Part shown: piece after piece, positions 30,446 to 40,668 of the stretch
Position numbering within the stretch: position 1 is the stretch's first letter
Layout: every line of letters begins with the position of its first letter
From: Cyanobacteriota bacterium
GTDB taxonomy: Bacteria; Cyanobacteriota; Cyanobacteriia; Cyanobacteriales; Nostocaceae
Assembly (NCBI GenBank): GCA_046045965.1
Contig: JBJOKS010000021.1
Span: 32,001-96,000 of the forward strand
Length of the DNA: 64,000 bases
Direction: 5' to 3'
The notes under the pieces: generated by a model
Seen by the model: only the letters and a program-made list of their open reading frames with translations
Databases searched by the model: none
Told to the model about the DNA's origin: nothing
Translations under genes and position numbers: made by a program

Positions 30446-32782
30446 ATGCACCTAGATAATAGAGGGGAAATTGTGATGGATATCGGCTTAAAAATGCAAC
30501 CTGTTTCAGCTATTAATATAACTAGCTTGAAAGAAGCACCAATTCACCTTTCGAGCAAAATTCAACCTCATGGTATTGTGTTGGTTTTAGAAGAACCCGA
30601 GTTAAAAGTATTACAAGTTAGCAATAATACCTTAAATGTTTTCGGCATTTCTCCCGAAAATATGGTGCAGAAAAGATTAGAAGATTTAGTAGATTCATTC
30701 CAGTTAGAGAGAATTAAATCTGGGATATCAGAGCAAAATTTAGATTTTATCAACCCTACCAAACTTTGGATTAGAAAAAAAGGTGATGAATACACAGTAT
30801 TCGATGCTGTATTTCATCGAAATTCTGAAGGATTTTTAATTTTAGAATTAGAACCTGCAATTTCGCAAGAAAATATTCCGTTTCTCAGTTTTTATCATTT
30901 AGCCAGAGCTTCGATCAATCGTTTAGAAAGTACGAAAAATCTGCGGGAATTTTGTCAAATTATTGTCCAAGAAGTGCGACAAGTGACTGGATTTGACAGA
31001 GTAATGCTATATAAATTCGATGATGATGGACATGGTTCTGTTATCGCTGAAGAAAAAATAGCCGAATTAGAGCCTTATTTGGGGTTACACTATCCAGAGT
31101 CAGATATTCCCAAACCTGCGAGAAACTTATTTATTTCCAATTCCATTAGATTAATCCCCGATGCTAATGTAGAACCTGTACAAATTTTTCCCGATCATAA
31201 TCCTGTAACTAATCGTCCCATTGATTTAACTAACTCTAGTCTGAGAAGTCCTGCATCTTGCCATATAGAATATCTACATAATATGGGTGTTGGTGCTTCT
31301 TTGACAATTTCTTTGATTAAAGATCAAAAACTTTGGGGTTTAATTGCTTGTCATCATCAAACACCCAAATATGTTTCCTATGAATTACGAAAAGCTTGCG
31401 AATTTTTAGGAAGAGTGATATTTTCCGAAATTTCTGCCAGAGAAGAAACAGAAGATTACGATTATAGAATGAGTTTGACATATATTCAATCACTCTTAGT
31501 TGAATATATGTCCCAAGAAGATAACTTCATTGATGGTTTGGTCAAAAACCAGCCTAATCTTCTAGATTTAACCAGTGCTAAAGGAGCAGCAGTTTGTTTT
31601 GGGGGACATTACACTCTGATTGGTGAAACTCCCAAAGAAGAAGAACTGAATTTTTTAGTTGAATGGCTGAAAAATAATGTAGAAGATGAAGTATTTTATA
31701 CGGATTCTCTTCCTAATATTTATCCCGATGCGATTAGCTTCAAAAACGTTGCTAGTGGTTTATTAGCTATTCCCATTTCCCAACGCAATTATGTTTTATG
31801 GTTTAGACCAGAAGTAATTCAAACTGTGAATTGGGGTGGTGATCCAAATAAAGCTTTTGAAGTCAATCAATCCCAGGGAAATTTGCAACTGTGTCCCCGA
31901 AAATCATTTGAACTGTGGAAAGAAACAGTTAGGTTAACATCTTTACCTTGGCGATATGTAGAAGTAAAAGCAGCATTGGAATTACGGAAAGCAATCGTCA
32001 ATATTGTGCTGCGTCAAGCGGATGAATTAGCACAGTTGGCACATGATTTAGAAAGGTCTAATGCGGAATTGAAAAAGTTTGCTTATGTCGCTTCCCATGA
32101 TTTGCAAGAACCACTTAATCAAGTAGCAAATTATGTGCAGCTTTTAGAGATGCGTTATGAGTCCGAACTTGATGAAGATGCGAAGGAATTTATTAATTAT
32201 GCAGTCGAGGGAGTGAGCTTAATGCAAACCTTGATTGATGATGTATTAGCATATTCCAAAGTAGATACTCAAGCGATCGCATTTCAAGCAACTGAAGTAG
32301 AAACAGCCTTAGAACGAGCATTAAGCAATTTACGCAAACGCATTTCCGAAACTGGGACAACTATTATCCATGACTCCTTACCCACTGTCATGGCTGATGG
32401 TACTCAACTGATGCAATTATTTTTAAATTTGATCGGTAACGCCATCAAATTCCGCTCTCACGAACCACCGCAAATTCATATAGGTGCAGAAAGATTAGAA
32501 GATGAATGGTTGTTCTCAGTGCGCGATAATGGAATTGGCATAGATCCGCAATTTAGCGATCGCATTTTTATTATCTTTCAACGCCTACACACCAGGGATG
32601 AATATCCCGGTACTGGTATGGGTTTAGCAATTTGTAAAAAAATTATTGAATGCCATCGGGGGCGGATCTGGGTAGAGTCACAACTCGGACAGGGCGCAAC
32701 CTTCTACTTTACCATTCCAGCCGGAGGACGTGATCGTGAGCGTAGAAACGGAAGAAACACACAAAATAATCTTTTTAGTTGA
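30446..32782 (+). CDS. cph1: Cph1/AphA-type phytochrome histidine kinase (PAS-GAF-PHY-HK); start may be a few codons downstream
   Basis: [20 protein letters not shown], bilin Cys in [16 protein letters not shown] tongue, [10 protein letters not shown]-box. Confidence 0.9.
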   Translation: MHLDNRGEIVMDIGLKMQPVSAINITSLKEAPIHLSSKIQPHGIVLVLEEPELKVLQVSNNTLNVFGISPENMVQKRLEDLVDSFQLERIKSGISEQNLDFINPTKLWIRKKGDEYTVFDAVFHRNSEGFLILELEPAISQENIPFLSFYHLARASINRLESTKNLREFCQIIVQEVRQVTGFDRVMLYKFDDDGHGSVIAEEKIAELEPYLGLHYPESDIPKPARNLFISNSIRLIPDANVEPVQIFPDHNPVTNRPIDLTNSSLRSPASCHIEYLHNMGVGASLTISLIKDQKLWGLIACHHQTPKYVSYELRKACEFLGRVIFSEISAREETEDYDYRMSLTYIQSLLVEYMSQEDNFIDGLVKNQPNLLDLTSAKGAAVCFGGHYTLIGETPKEEELNFLVEWLKNNVEDEVFYTDSLPNIYPDAISFKNVASGLLAIPISQRNYVLWFRPEVIQTVNWGGDPNKAFEVNQSQGNLQLCPRKSFELWKETVRLTSLPWRYVEVKAALELRKAIVNIVLRQADELAQLAHDLERSNAELKKFAYVASHDLQEPLNQVANYVQLLEMRYESELDEDAKEFINYAVEGVSLMQTLIDDVLAYSKVDTQAIAFQATEVETALERALSNLRKRISETGTTIIHDSLPTVMADGTQLMQLFLNLIGNAIKFRSHEPPQIHIGAERLEDEWLFSVRDNGIGIDPQFSDRIFIIFQRLHTRDEYPGTGMGLAICKKIIECHRGRIWVESQLGQGATFYFTIPAGGRDRERRNGRNTQNNLFS

Positions 32783-33182
32783 GGATAATAAAGCCGATAT
32801 CCGTCTGATTCAAGAAGCATTAAAAACTAGTTCATTACCTCATCAGGTAGTAACAGTAAGGGATGGAATAGACGCTATGGCCTATCTCCGTCAAGAAGGT
32901 GAATATGCTGATGCAATACGCCCCGACCTGATCTTGCTAGACTTGAATTTACCAAGGAAAGATGGCCGAGAAGTATTGGCAGAAATTAAATCTGATCCCA
33001 AACTCAAACGCATACCCGTAGTTGTATTAACAACTTCCAAAAATGAAGATGACATTTACCACAGTTACGACTTGCACGTAAACTGCTACATTACCAAATC
33101 CCGCAACCTCACTCAATTATTCCAAATCGTCAAAGGTATTGAGGAATTTTGGTTCTCTACCGCTACCTTACCATCGGAATAA
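32730..33182 (+). CDS. rcp1: Phytochrome-cognate response regulator (Rcp1 type)
   Basis: Single REC domain, LVEDN, LLDLNLP, YITK, EEFWFST; overlaps the phytochrome gene. Confidence 0.85.
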   Translation: MIVSVETEETHKIIFLVEDNKADIRLIQEALKTSSLPHQVVTVRDGIDAMAYLRQEGEYADAIRPDLILLDLNLPRKDGREVLAEIKSDPKLKRIPVVVLTTSKNEDDIYHSYDLHVNCYITKSRNLTQLFQIVKGIEEFWFSTATLPSE

Positions 33183-33206
33183 ATTCATAATTTATAATTC
33201 ATAACA

Positions 33207-33230
33207 ATGCCTCCGGCACGCTACGCGAAC
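33207..33230 (+). repeat. Very small dispersed repeat (SDR-like)
   Basis: ATGCCTCCGGCACGCTACGCGAAC; related copies at 34444-34467 and 8884-8907 (reverse). Confidence 0.7.
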
Positions 33231-33251
33231 AAAAACTCCTGACTCCTGAAA

Positions 33252-34418
33252 ATGATGGCTGTAACCTGCTCAGTAAAAATCTTGTTGATTGAAGACAACT
33301 TGGCGGAAGCTAGGTTGTTACAAGAGTTTCTGAAGCAAGCCCAATCTAAAGAGTTTAGTTTAGTTCATGTCCAAAGATTACGAGACGCATTTCATGAGTT
33401 AAATCAGCAAAGCTATGATGTAATTTTGCTGGATTTAACTTTACCTGATAGTCAAGGATTATCATCCCTACCATTACTAATAAGTCAAGCTCCTAGCACT
33501 CCAATTGTTGTTCTGACAAATACAAATGATGAAGAATTAGCCATTGAAGCCGTGCGAGAAGGAGCGCAAGATTATCTAGTTAAAAGGCAAGTAAAACCAG
33601 ATGTTTTAGTTCGCTCCGTGCAGTATGCGATCGCCCGAAAACAAGTTTTAGAACAATTACGTACAGTCAATCAAACATTAGAAACAACAGTTGAAGAAAG
33701 AACTGCTCAACTGGAAAAAGCTCAAGAACTCTATCAATTTAAATCTGACTTTGTTTCCATGCTTTCCCATGACATTCGTAATCCATTGAATACTATACTC
33801 TTAGCTGCGGGATTACTACAAAATAATGATGACAAACTAACTCAAGAGAAAAAAATCAATCATTTAAAAATGATTCGCTCTGCTATCAAAAACATGGCGC
33901 AATTATTAGATGAAGTCTCATTCATGGGTAAAGCTGATTCTGGTAAATTACAAAGTCAACTCAGTCCCTTAGATTTAGAAGCATTTTGTCACCAAATACT
34001 AGAAGATATTCATTTAACGGCTTTAGAAAAGCAAGTGACTATAGACTTTACAAGTCATGGTGACTTTAGCTCAACCCTTTGGGATGAAGGTTTATTAAGG
34101 CACATTTTAGGAAATCTCCTCAGTAATGCTATTAAGTATTCCCACCCTGATAGCAAAGTAAATTTTGAATTAATTAGACAAGATAAAACAGCCATTTTCA
34201 GAATTCAAGATTGGGGAATTGGCATTTCCAAAAAAGACCAAAACCAACTATTTATTCCCTTTCATCGTGGGGATAACGTCGGTGGTATTTCCGGCACAGG
34301 TATGGGTTTAGCAATTGTGAAAAAGTGTGTTGAGGCGCATGGTGGTGAAATTTTAGTTGATAGTCAAATTGATGTAGGGACAACATTTACTGTGACTTTA
34401 CCTTTAATTCAAATTTAA
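33252..34418 (+). CDS. Hybrid REC-histidine kinase
   Basis: N-terminal REC domain, SHDIRNPL H-box, NLLSNAIKY, GTGMGL. Confidence 0.9.
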   Translation: MMAVTCSVKILLIEDNLAEARLLQEFLKQAQSKEFSLVHVQRLRDAFHELNQQSYDVILLDLTLPDSQGLSSLPLLISQAPSTPIVVLTNTNDEELAIEAVREGAQDYLVKRQVKPDVLVRSVQYAIARKQVLEQLRTVNQTLETTVEERTAQLEKAQELYQFKSDFVSMLSHDIRNPLNTILLAAGLLQNNDDKLTQEKKINHLKMIRSAIKNMAQLLDEVSFMGKADSGKLQSQLSPLDLEAFCHQILEDIHLTALEKQVTIDFTSHGDFSSTLWDEGLLRHILGNLLSNAIKYSHPDSKVNFELIRQDKTAIFRIQDWGIGISKKDQNQLFIPFHRGDNVGGISGTGMGLAIVKKCVEAHGGEILVDSQIDVGTTFTVTLPLIQI

Positions 34419-34585
34419 GCAACTTCTTATTCGTAGATCAACTATCCCTACGGGACGCTACGCGAACGATGGCATAGTAGCAAATTATATTGATCTAATA
34501 CTTAGAGTTGTTGATGCTAATGCAGTTGGAATTATTGAGACAGAGATGGTTAAAATAGATGAAAAGTCTATTTTGAAAACCTGTC

Positions 34586-34759
34586 ATGTCTACAGAATTA
34601 AACATTGAAGACGTACAAGCACCAATTACAACTGCACCACCGGAAGTCAAGCAGATAATTGAACGAGTATGTAAATTAGAAAAATCGAGATTAGCACGAA
34701 AAAGCAAAGGTGCAATTAACGATGATATTTTAACCATAGTTAAGGAAGCAGTACAATGA
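34586..34759 (+). CDS. 57-aa small protein coupled to the downstream ATPase (PbeB-like position)
   Basis: Manual translation MSTELNIEDVQAPITTAPPEVKQIIERVCKLEKSRLARKSKGAINDDILTIVKEAVQ; ATGA overlap with 34756. Confidence 0.7.
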   Translation: MSTELNIEDVQAPITTAPPEVKQIIERVCKLEKSRLARKSKGAINDDILTIVKEAVQ

Positions 34760-36822
34760 AATTGACTTCCATTAAACTTTGCAATTTTCGCTCTTTTTAT
34801 GGTCAGACACCAGAAATTGTCATTGCTAGTGGAGACTTTCGCAATACTACAATTATTCACGGTAATAATGGTGCAGGAAAAACCAGTTTATTAAATGCTT
34901 TTACCTGGGTTTTATATGAAAAATTTACTGCTGCTTTTGCTGCGATAGAACAGTTAGTTAATAAACGCGCAATTTGCGAAGCTGAAGAAAATCAAGCAGT
35001 AGAATGTTGGGTAGAAGTTGGTTGGGAACATGAAGGAATACGCTACCGTGCAAAACGCACTTGTCGAGTTTATAAAAATTCTGCCACATTGGAAGCAACG
35101 AAAACGAAATTAACAATTCAATATGCTAATGAAGAAGGTAAATGGGGTTTTCCCATAGAACCAGCAGAAGAAATTATCAATAATATTTTACCAGCAAGTT
35201 TACATCAATATTTCTTTTTTGATGGGGAAAGAATTGAAGAAATAGTCCGTTCTGATAAAAAAACAGAAATTGCAGAAGCAACAGAAACATTTTTAGGTGT
35301 GAAAGTCATTGACTTAGCTATTAGACATTTAAAAGAAGCCAAGAAAACCTTAGATAATGACTTAGCAGCTATTGGTGATGCGGAAACCAAACAGTTATTA
35401 AAAGAACAAACTAAACTAGAACAAGAAATTGAAAGAATTACCCAACGACAAACTGAAATTAAACAAGAGTTGGAAAATCAACAGACGTTTAAAAAAGATG
35501 TCAGTAACCGATTGATAGAATTAACTGCGGTTAAAGAATTACAAGAAAGACGACAAAATTTAGAAACTCAAAAACGCACAAATCAGGAAGAACTAAGAAA
35601 AAATAAGGATGCACTCAAAAAGATTATTTCTAAACAAGCTTACACAGTTTTATTGGATGAGACTAACCATGAGTTTCGGAAAATAATTACCGATTTAAAA
35701 CAAAGAGGAGAATTAAAATCGGGAATTTCTAAAGAATTTGTCGCAGATTTAATTCAATCTGGACGCTGTATTTGTGGTGCAGATTTAAAAGAAGGTGGAA
35801 ATGGACATTTTCACGTTAAATCTCTCCTGAAAAAAACAGGTTCTTCTTCAGTGGAAGAAACAGCAATTAGAATGGGAGCGCAAATTGATGATATTGATAA
35901 ACAAGCAAGTTTATTTTGGGAAAATGTTGATAGGGAACAAGCAAGAATTAGTCAGCTAAAAGAAGCTCTTGCTCAAATTGAACGTGAATTAGATAACATC
36001 CAGGAGATTTTACGAAAAGACCCCAATGAAGATATTAGCGGTTTGCAAAAACGGTTAGATGACATTGAAGCAAAAATTGATGATTTAAATCGAGAACAAG
36101 GTGCAAATCAACAGGAAGTTTCTCACATCAAAGCAGACATTGATGTTTTGGTGAAACAAATTTCTAAACAAAAGCAGAATGAAGAAAAACAAGTATTAGC
36201 ACAGCGTCGGATGAATGCTGCTCAAGATGCAATTGAAAGATTAATTGAGGTAAAAAATAGACAGGAAAACCAATTTAGATTGCAGTTAGAAAAGCGAGTA
36301 CAGGAAATATTTTCAGAAATTTCTGTGACTCCTTATATTCCCAAGATTACCGAAAAATATGAACTAACTTTAGTCGAAAATACCACAGGAATAGAAGCAC
36401 CAGTTGCAGCTTCCACGGGAGAAAATCAAATTCTCAGTCTGTCCTTTATCGCAAGTATTATTGATAAAGTTAGAGAATGGAGTGAAAAGCGAAAAATCAT
36501 GATGGTTCCTGATAGTAGCACTTTTCCTATTGTCATGGATTCACCTTTTGGAAGTTTGGATGCTAATTCTCGTCGTCACATTGCACAAACTATTCCTAAG
36601 TTAGCAAATCAGTTGGTTGTTTTGGTGACAAAAACTCAATGGAGGGTGGAAGTTGAGGAGGAAATTCTTGATAGAATTGGTAAGGAATATGTGCTGACTT
36701 ATTATTCTTCTAAACCTGACTGTGAACAGGATTTTATTGATGTTGGTGGGGAAAAATATGCTTTAATTAGGCAAAGTCCTAATGGTTTTGAGTATACTGA
36801 AATTGTGGAGGTGGAAAGGTAG
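34756..36822 (+). CDS. SMC/Rad50-like ATPase (DndD paralog, PbeC-like)
   Basis: Walker A GNNGAGKT, FFFDGE, long coiled coils with central CICG, STGENQ signature, MDSPFGSLD Walker B. Confidence 0.8.
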   Translation: MKLTSIKLCNFRSFYGQTPEIVIASGDFRNTTIIHGNNGAGKTSLLNAFTWVLYEKFTAAFAAIEQLVNKRAICEAEENQAVECWVEVGWEHEGIRYRAKRTCRVYKNSATLEATKTKLTIQYANEEGKWGFPIEPAEEIINNILPASLHQYFFFDGERIEEIVRSDKKTEIAEATETFLGVKVIDLAIRHLKEAKKTLDNDLAAIGDAETKQLLKEQTKLEQEIERITQRQTEIKQELENQQTFKKDVSNRLIELTAVKELQERRQNLETQKRTNQEELRKNKDALKKIISKQAYTVLLDETNHEFRKIITDLKQRGELKSGISKEFVADLIQSGRCICGADLKEGGNGHFHVKSLLKKTGSSSVEETAIRMGAQIDDIDKQASLFWENVDREQARISQLKEALAQIERELDNIQEILRKDPNEDISGLQKRLDDIEAKIDDLNREQGANQQEVSHIKADIDVLVKQISKQKQNEEKQVLAQRRMNAAQDAIERLIEVKNRQENQFRLQLEKRVQEIFSEISVTPYIPKITEKYELTLVENTTGIEAPVAASTGENQILSLSFIASIIDKVREWSEKRKIMMVPDSSTFPIVMDSPFGSLDANSRRHIAQTIPKLANQLVVLVTKTQWRVEVEEEILDRIGKEYVLTYYSSKPDCEQDFIDVGGEKYALIRQSPNGFEYTEIVEVER

Positions 36823-36825
36823 AAG

Positions 36826-36972
36826 ATGAAACGAACCGCAGAGACGCAGAGGACACAGAGGAAGAGAAGAAATTTATCTGCGTTTATCTGTGTTCATCTG
36901 CGTTCAATTTTTTATCTCGCGCAAAGACGCAAAGGAAAAAAGAAAAAATCATCCGTGTTCATCTGCGTTTAG
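36826..36972. repeat. Cluster of short repeats (AACCGCAGAGACGCAGAGGACACAGAG and ATCTGCGTT types)
   Basis: Same unit at 24826 (interrupted) and reversed at ~46222-46252. Confidence 0.65.
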
Positions 36973-36990
36973 TTTGAATTATTATCAGGT

Positions 36991-38889
36991 GTGAAAATGT
37001 CAATCAAAAAAATCTCATTCATCATCTTTTTAAGTCTCTTATCTTCCCCAGTTTTAGCGTTTTCTGATACTCGAAATTATTGGGGTAATGATTGTATTAA
37101 AATATTAGGAGAACGAAAATTATTAACCGGTTATCCTGATGGTAGTTTTCGTCCTAATGCAACTGTTACCCGTGCGGAAGCAGCAGTTTTAATGTTAAAT
37201 GCTTTTCCTGATGCTCCTATTCAACGCAATGCGGTAATATTTAAAGATGTACCTAGCAATTTTTGGGCTAATAAAGCTATTAATACTGCTTATCAAAAAG
37301 GGTTTTTCTCTGGTTATCCAGGTGGTATTTTTCAACCTAACCAACAAATTCCTAGAGCGCAAATTATTGGTGTGATAGCTGGGGGTAAAAATTATAATTC
37401 TGTTGCTAACCCAGCGCAAATATTACAACGTTATTTTGATGATGCTCAACAAATTCCTAATTATGCTCAAAGTTCTATAGCTGCGGGAACAATTAATAGT
37501 ATTGTTGTTAATTATCCTAATGTTAAACAATTGAAACCTCTGCAACCAGTAACTAGAGGAGAAGTTGCAGCTTTGATCTGTCGAGCTTTAAATATTTATG
37601 CTGTTCCTCCTCAATATATTGCAGGTGTGGAAGTTCAACCCCAAGAGGTTCGCACTTTACCAGGAAAATTAGACACTATTCCTACTTTTAATAGTAATAG
37701 TCCTGAACTTGTGAATACTGATGGAATTTTACTTTCTACTTTTTCACCAGATGGAAAACAAGTAAAAAATGCACATTTAAATTATCTTTTTCAAGGTCGG
37801 TTTGATGTCTTTTCTCATCATATTGTCAGAGCAGAAAATTCCTCTCAGAATCGTACAGTTTATCAAGGTATAATTGTCCATAACCCTGGTAATGAACCTG
37901 CAACTTTACAAGTTTTAAATGCTGCAAGTTATCTTTCTAGGGAAGCACCTTTTATTGAGTTACCGGATATGCTGGATAATTCCCAAGGAACGGTTTATGC
38001 TGGTCCTGGAAGTAGAACTATGAATGATGTTTTACGGGGAATTAGACAGGGGATATTTCCCGAAAAGTTGGTGCTAGAACCTGGAAAAACGCAAATTTTA
38101 GCTAATTTACCAATTTCTGTCCAAGCACCTTCTTCCAATGGTCGCACGGTGATGATGCGTTTGAGTAGCGATCGCCCCATTTTTATGGCAAACTTAGCTA
38201 TGAGTAGTCAAACTCCCCCCACCGTCGTAGCATGGGAAAAGCTTCTCAATACTGGCAGTTTAGCAGGAAAACGTGACCCTATCCCCACACCTTTGGACCC
38301 TCCCAGAGAACCCACAGTATTTAGTCGCGTTGCTGGTGTATCTGAGGGGACAAGATGGGAAGCAAATATTACAGATAATACAAGTGTAAATAATTTAACT
38401 TTACCCCAACCAGGAAAATCGTTTTCTTATCCTTTGGGAACTGTACATTTAATCACTCTTAGCACCGGACAAATACAGAGTGCAAAAATGTTAAAACGTT
38501 ATCCTGATACGGCGTATTTTGCCCATAGTAATTATGGTGTAGAGTATAATTTAAGTCTGCCTTTATTCAATTCTAGCAGTCAAGTTAGAAATGTAACAGT
38601 GTCAATGCAAACACCTGTTAAGGATGAGGGTGGTACTGATAGATTATTGTTTTTAAAACCACCTGTGGAACAAGTATTTTTCCGGGGGACGGTGCGGGTA
38701 CGTTATCGGGATGATAGAGGAAGTGAACAAACGCGCTATGTCCATTTAGTGCAGCGTCGCGGACAACCGGGGGATGCTTTGGTAAATTTAAAGTTAGCAC
38801 CAGGGGAAAAAAGACAGGTTCAGGTAGATTTTTTGTATCCTCCTGATTCTACTCCTCCGCAAGTTTTGACGGTGAAAACTGAGGGGTAA
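36991..38889 (+). CDS. Secreted S-layer homology (SLH) domain protein with DUF3370-like C-terminal domain
   Basis: Signal peptide; GYPDGSFRPNATVTRAE-type SLH repeats; FNSNSPE, FDVFSHH and NYGVEYNL. Confidence 0.8.
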   Translation: MKMSIKKISFIIFLSLLSSPVLAFSDTRNYWGNDCIKILGERKLLTGYPDGSFRPNATVTRAEAAVLMLNAFPDAPIQRNAVIFKDVPSNFWANKAINTAYQKGFFSGYPGGIFQPNQQIPRAQIIGVIAGGKNYNSVANPAQILQRYFDDAQQIPNYAQSSIAAGTINSIVVNYPNVKQLKPLQPVTRGEVAALICRALNIYAVPPQYIAGVEVQPQEVRTLPGKLDTIPTFNSNSPELVNTDGILLSTFSPDGKQVKNAHLNYLFQGRFDVFSHHIVRAENSSQNRTVYQGIIVHNPGNEPATLQVLNAASYLSREAPFIELPDMLDNSQGTVYAGPGSRTMNDVLRGIRQGIFPEKLVLEPGKTQILANLPISVQAPSSNGRTVMMRLSSDRPIFMANLAMSSQTPPTVVAWEKLLNTGSLAGKRDPIPTPLDPPREPTVFSRVAGVSEGTRWEANITDNTSVNNLTLPQPGKSFSYPLGTVHLITLSTGQIQSAKMLKRYPDTAYFAHSNYGVEYNLSLPLFNSSSQVRNVTVSMQTPVKDEGGTDRLLFLKPPVEQVFFRGTVRVRYRDDRGSEQTRYVHLVQRRGQPGDALVNLKLAPGEKRQVQVDFLYPPDSTPPQVLTVKTEG

Positions 38890-39002
38890 ATTTATGATTT
38901 TTTCTCACGCAGAGTCGCAGAGTCGCAGAGAGAATAACGCAAAGGTTTTGTTTTAGTTAATGCAATTTGCTGTAAGATAGTTGGAGTTTAGATTTTATTT
39001 TT

Positions 39003-39476
39003 ATGGCTGAATCTGGTAGAATCAGAGTTGCAAAAGATAAGGCTGATTTGGTTAAGGCTTTAATTTCTTCTGATGGTGGATATGGTCCTTTTCAGACTTT
39101 CGCTGATGTGATTGTTTTTGCTGCTGCTTTGGGGGTAAAGTATAAGAAGCGTGTTCCTTTTGATGAGGTTTCTAAACGTGAACCAGCACCAATTAGGTTG
39201 GAAACTTTTATATCAATGGGATATGATATTTTAATTAAATTATTGGGAATTACAGAAACTCAAAATATTCAAGTTTTATCCCCTAATGAGGAAGAATATG
39301 AAAAACAACGTCATGAAATTTTTGAAGAATACGCTAATGGTGGTTTAGAAATTTTGCAAGGTGAACTTAGAGGTTCAATTGATTATTCAGACACCATTTT
39401 ATTATTTTTGATTTCTGATAAAGAGGCTAAAAATGAAGAACCTGGAGAATTTGATTTAAGAAAATTTCTAAATTAA
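39003..39476 (+). CDS. DNA phosphorothioation-associated small protein (dnd-associated protein 4 / PbeD-like)
   Basis: GPFQTFADVIVFAAALG and IFEEYANGGLEIL motifs; located in the dnd locus. Confidence 0.7.
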   Translation: MAESGRIRVAKDKADLVKALISSDGGYGPFQTFADVIVFAAALGVKYKKRVPFDEVSKREPAPIRLETFISMGYDILIKLLGITETQNIQVLSPNEEEYEKQRHEIFEEYANGGLEILQGELRGSIDYSDTILLFLISDKEAKNEEPGEFDLRKFLN

Positions 39477-39516
39477 CAATTTGCAATGTAATTACATTCA
39501 ATCAATTTTCTAAAAT

Positions 39517-40440
39517 ATGGACACTTTAACATTATACTGTCAGAAATTATCTAAACTGAATGTAAGTAGCAGTAAAAAACGTGGTACTGCTCTACATAAA
39601 CCTATATTAGTGTTATCCGTTATAGATTTAATTAGTAGAGATATTATTGAAAATAATGAAATTAGAGTATCAGATGAATTAATTGAAACATTTGAAAAAT
39701 ATTGGCAGATAATAGGTTCACATTCTTATACAGGAGGTTTACATTATCCTTTTTTCCATTTACAAAGTGAAGGTTTTTGGCACTTACAATTTAAATTAGA
39801 TTTTAATGGCTTACAACCAAAAACAACTAACAGATTAAAACAAGCTGTTGAATATGCTTATTTAGATAGTGAATTATTTGAATTGTTGCAAAATGAACTC
39901 TCTAGACAAGAATTACTAGATGCACTGATAGCAGCTTTCTTTCCTGATAGAGATAACCAAATAGATAGCATTTTACAAATTAATCAGAATTTTGAAGATG
40001 AAAAAATACTTGCTGAGTATACTGAAAGCAAACCTAAGTATACTTTGAAAAAAACAATAATTAGAAATGCTTTCTTTAGAAAAGCAGTTGTTTCTGTCTA
40101 TGGTTGTCAATGTGCTTTTTGTGGCTTAATAGTTAACAAAACCATTACTCAAAATATAGTTGATGGCGCACATATAAAACCATTTTCCCAATTTTATGAC
40201 AGTAGAATACATAACGGCATAGCCTTATGTAAAAATCATCATTGGGCATTTGATAGAGGTTGGTTTGCTGTTGATGAGAAATACAAAATTATAGTTAGTC
40301 AAGACTTAGAAGAAGTATCTCCCCACGCTAAACCAATAAAAGATTTTCATGGTGAAAAACTCACACTTCCTAGAATAGAGAAATACTTTCCAGATATTGA
40401 AGCTTTAGAATGGCATCGTCAAAACATTTTTCAACCCTAA
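39517..40440 (+). CDS. HNH endonuclease with probable N-terminal sulfur-binding domain (PT-dependent restriction enzyme-like)
   Basis: N-terminal HKPILVL...YPFFHLQSEGFW; C-terminal CAFCG, AHIKP, NGIALCKNHHWAFDRG. Confidence 0.75.
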   Translation: MDTLTLYCQKLSKLNVSSSKKRGTALHKPILVLSVIDLISRDIIENNEIRVSDELIETFEKYWQIIGSHSYTGGLHYPFFHLQSEGFWHLQFKLDFNGLQPKTTNRLKQAVEYAYLDSELFELLQNELSRQELLDALIAAFFPDRDNQIDSILQINQNFEDEKILAEYTESKPKYTLKKTIIRNAFFRKAVVSVYGCQCAFCGLIVNKTITQNIVDGAHIKPFSQFYDSRIHNGIALCKNHHWAFDRGWFAVDEKYKIIVSQDLEEVSPHAKPIKDFHGEKLTLPRIEKYFPDIEALEWHRQNIFQP

Positions 40441-40462
40441 CTATTAAAGTATCTTCACACAT

Positions 40463-40640
40463 CAGCCAGGGAATAAATTAAGAGTCTCAAAGCTAAAGTC
40501 GGTTTTAACCGACTATGTAACCTTTATTTTTTCTATGTGAAAAATAAATTTTGATTGTATTTTGGTTTAATTCGATATCAAAATATAGTACGTTTTAACG
40601 TACTTTAGCTATTAGCCCGGAAATTAATTTCCGGGCAGGT
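40463..40640. repeat. REP-like inverted pair of palindromic repeats between convergent genes
   Basis: AGCTAAAGTCGGTTTTAACCGACTA faces TAGTACGTTTTAACGTACTTTAGCT; GCCCGGAAATTAATTTCCGGGC palindrome. Confidence 0.55.
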
Positions 40641-40668
40641 ATGTCAGCAAAAAAATAAATGTTTTCAA

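Noticed and set aside
34495..34860. 121-aa minus-strand ORF
   Set aside because: Antisense to the 57-aa ORF and ATPase start, which have better support (ATGA coupling, motifs)
30446..36822. Functional link between the phytochrome operon and the adjacent PT-associated ATPase
   Set aside because: Only adjacency supports it; a ~170-nt gap containing a dispersed repeat separates them
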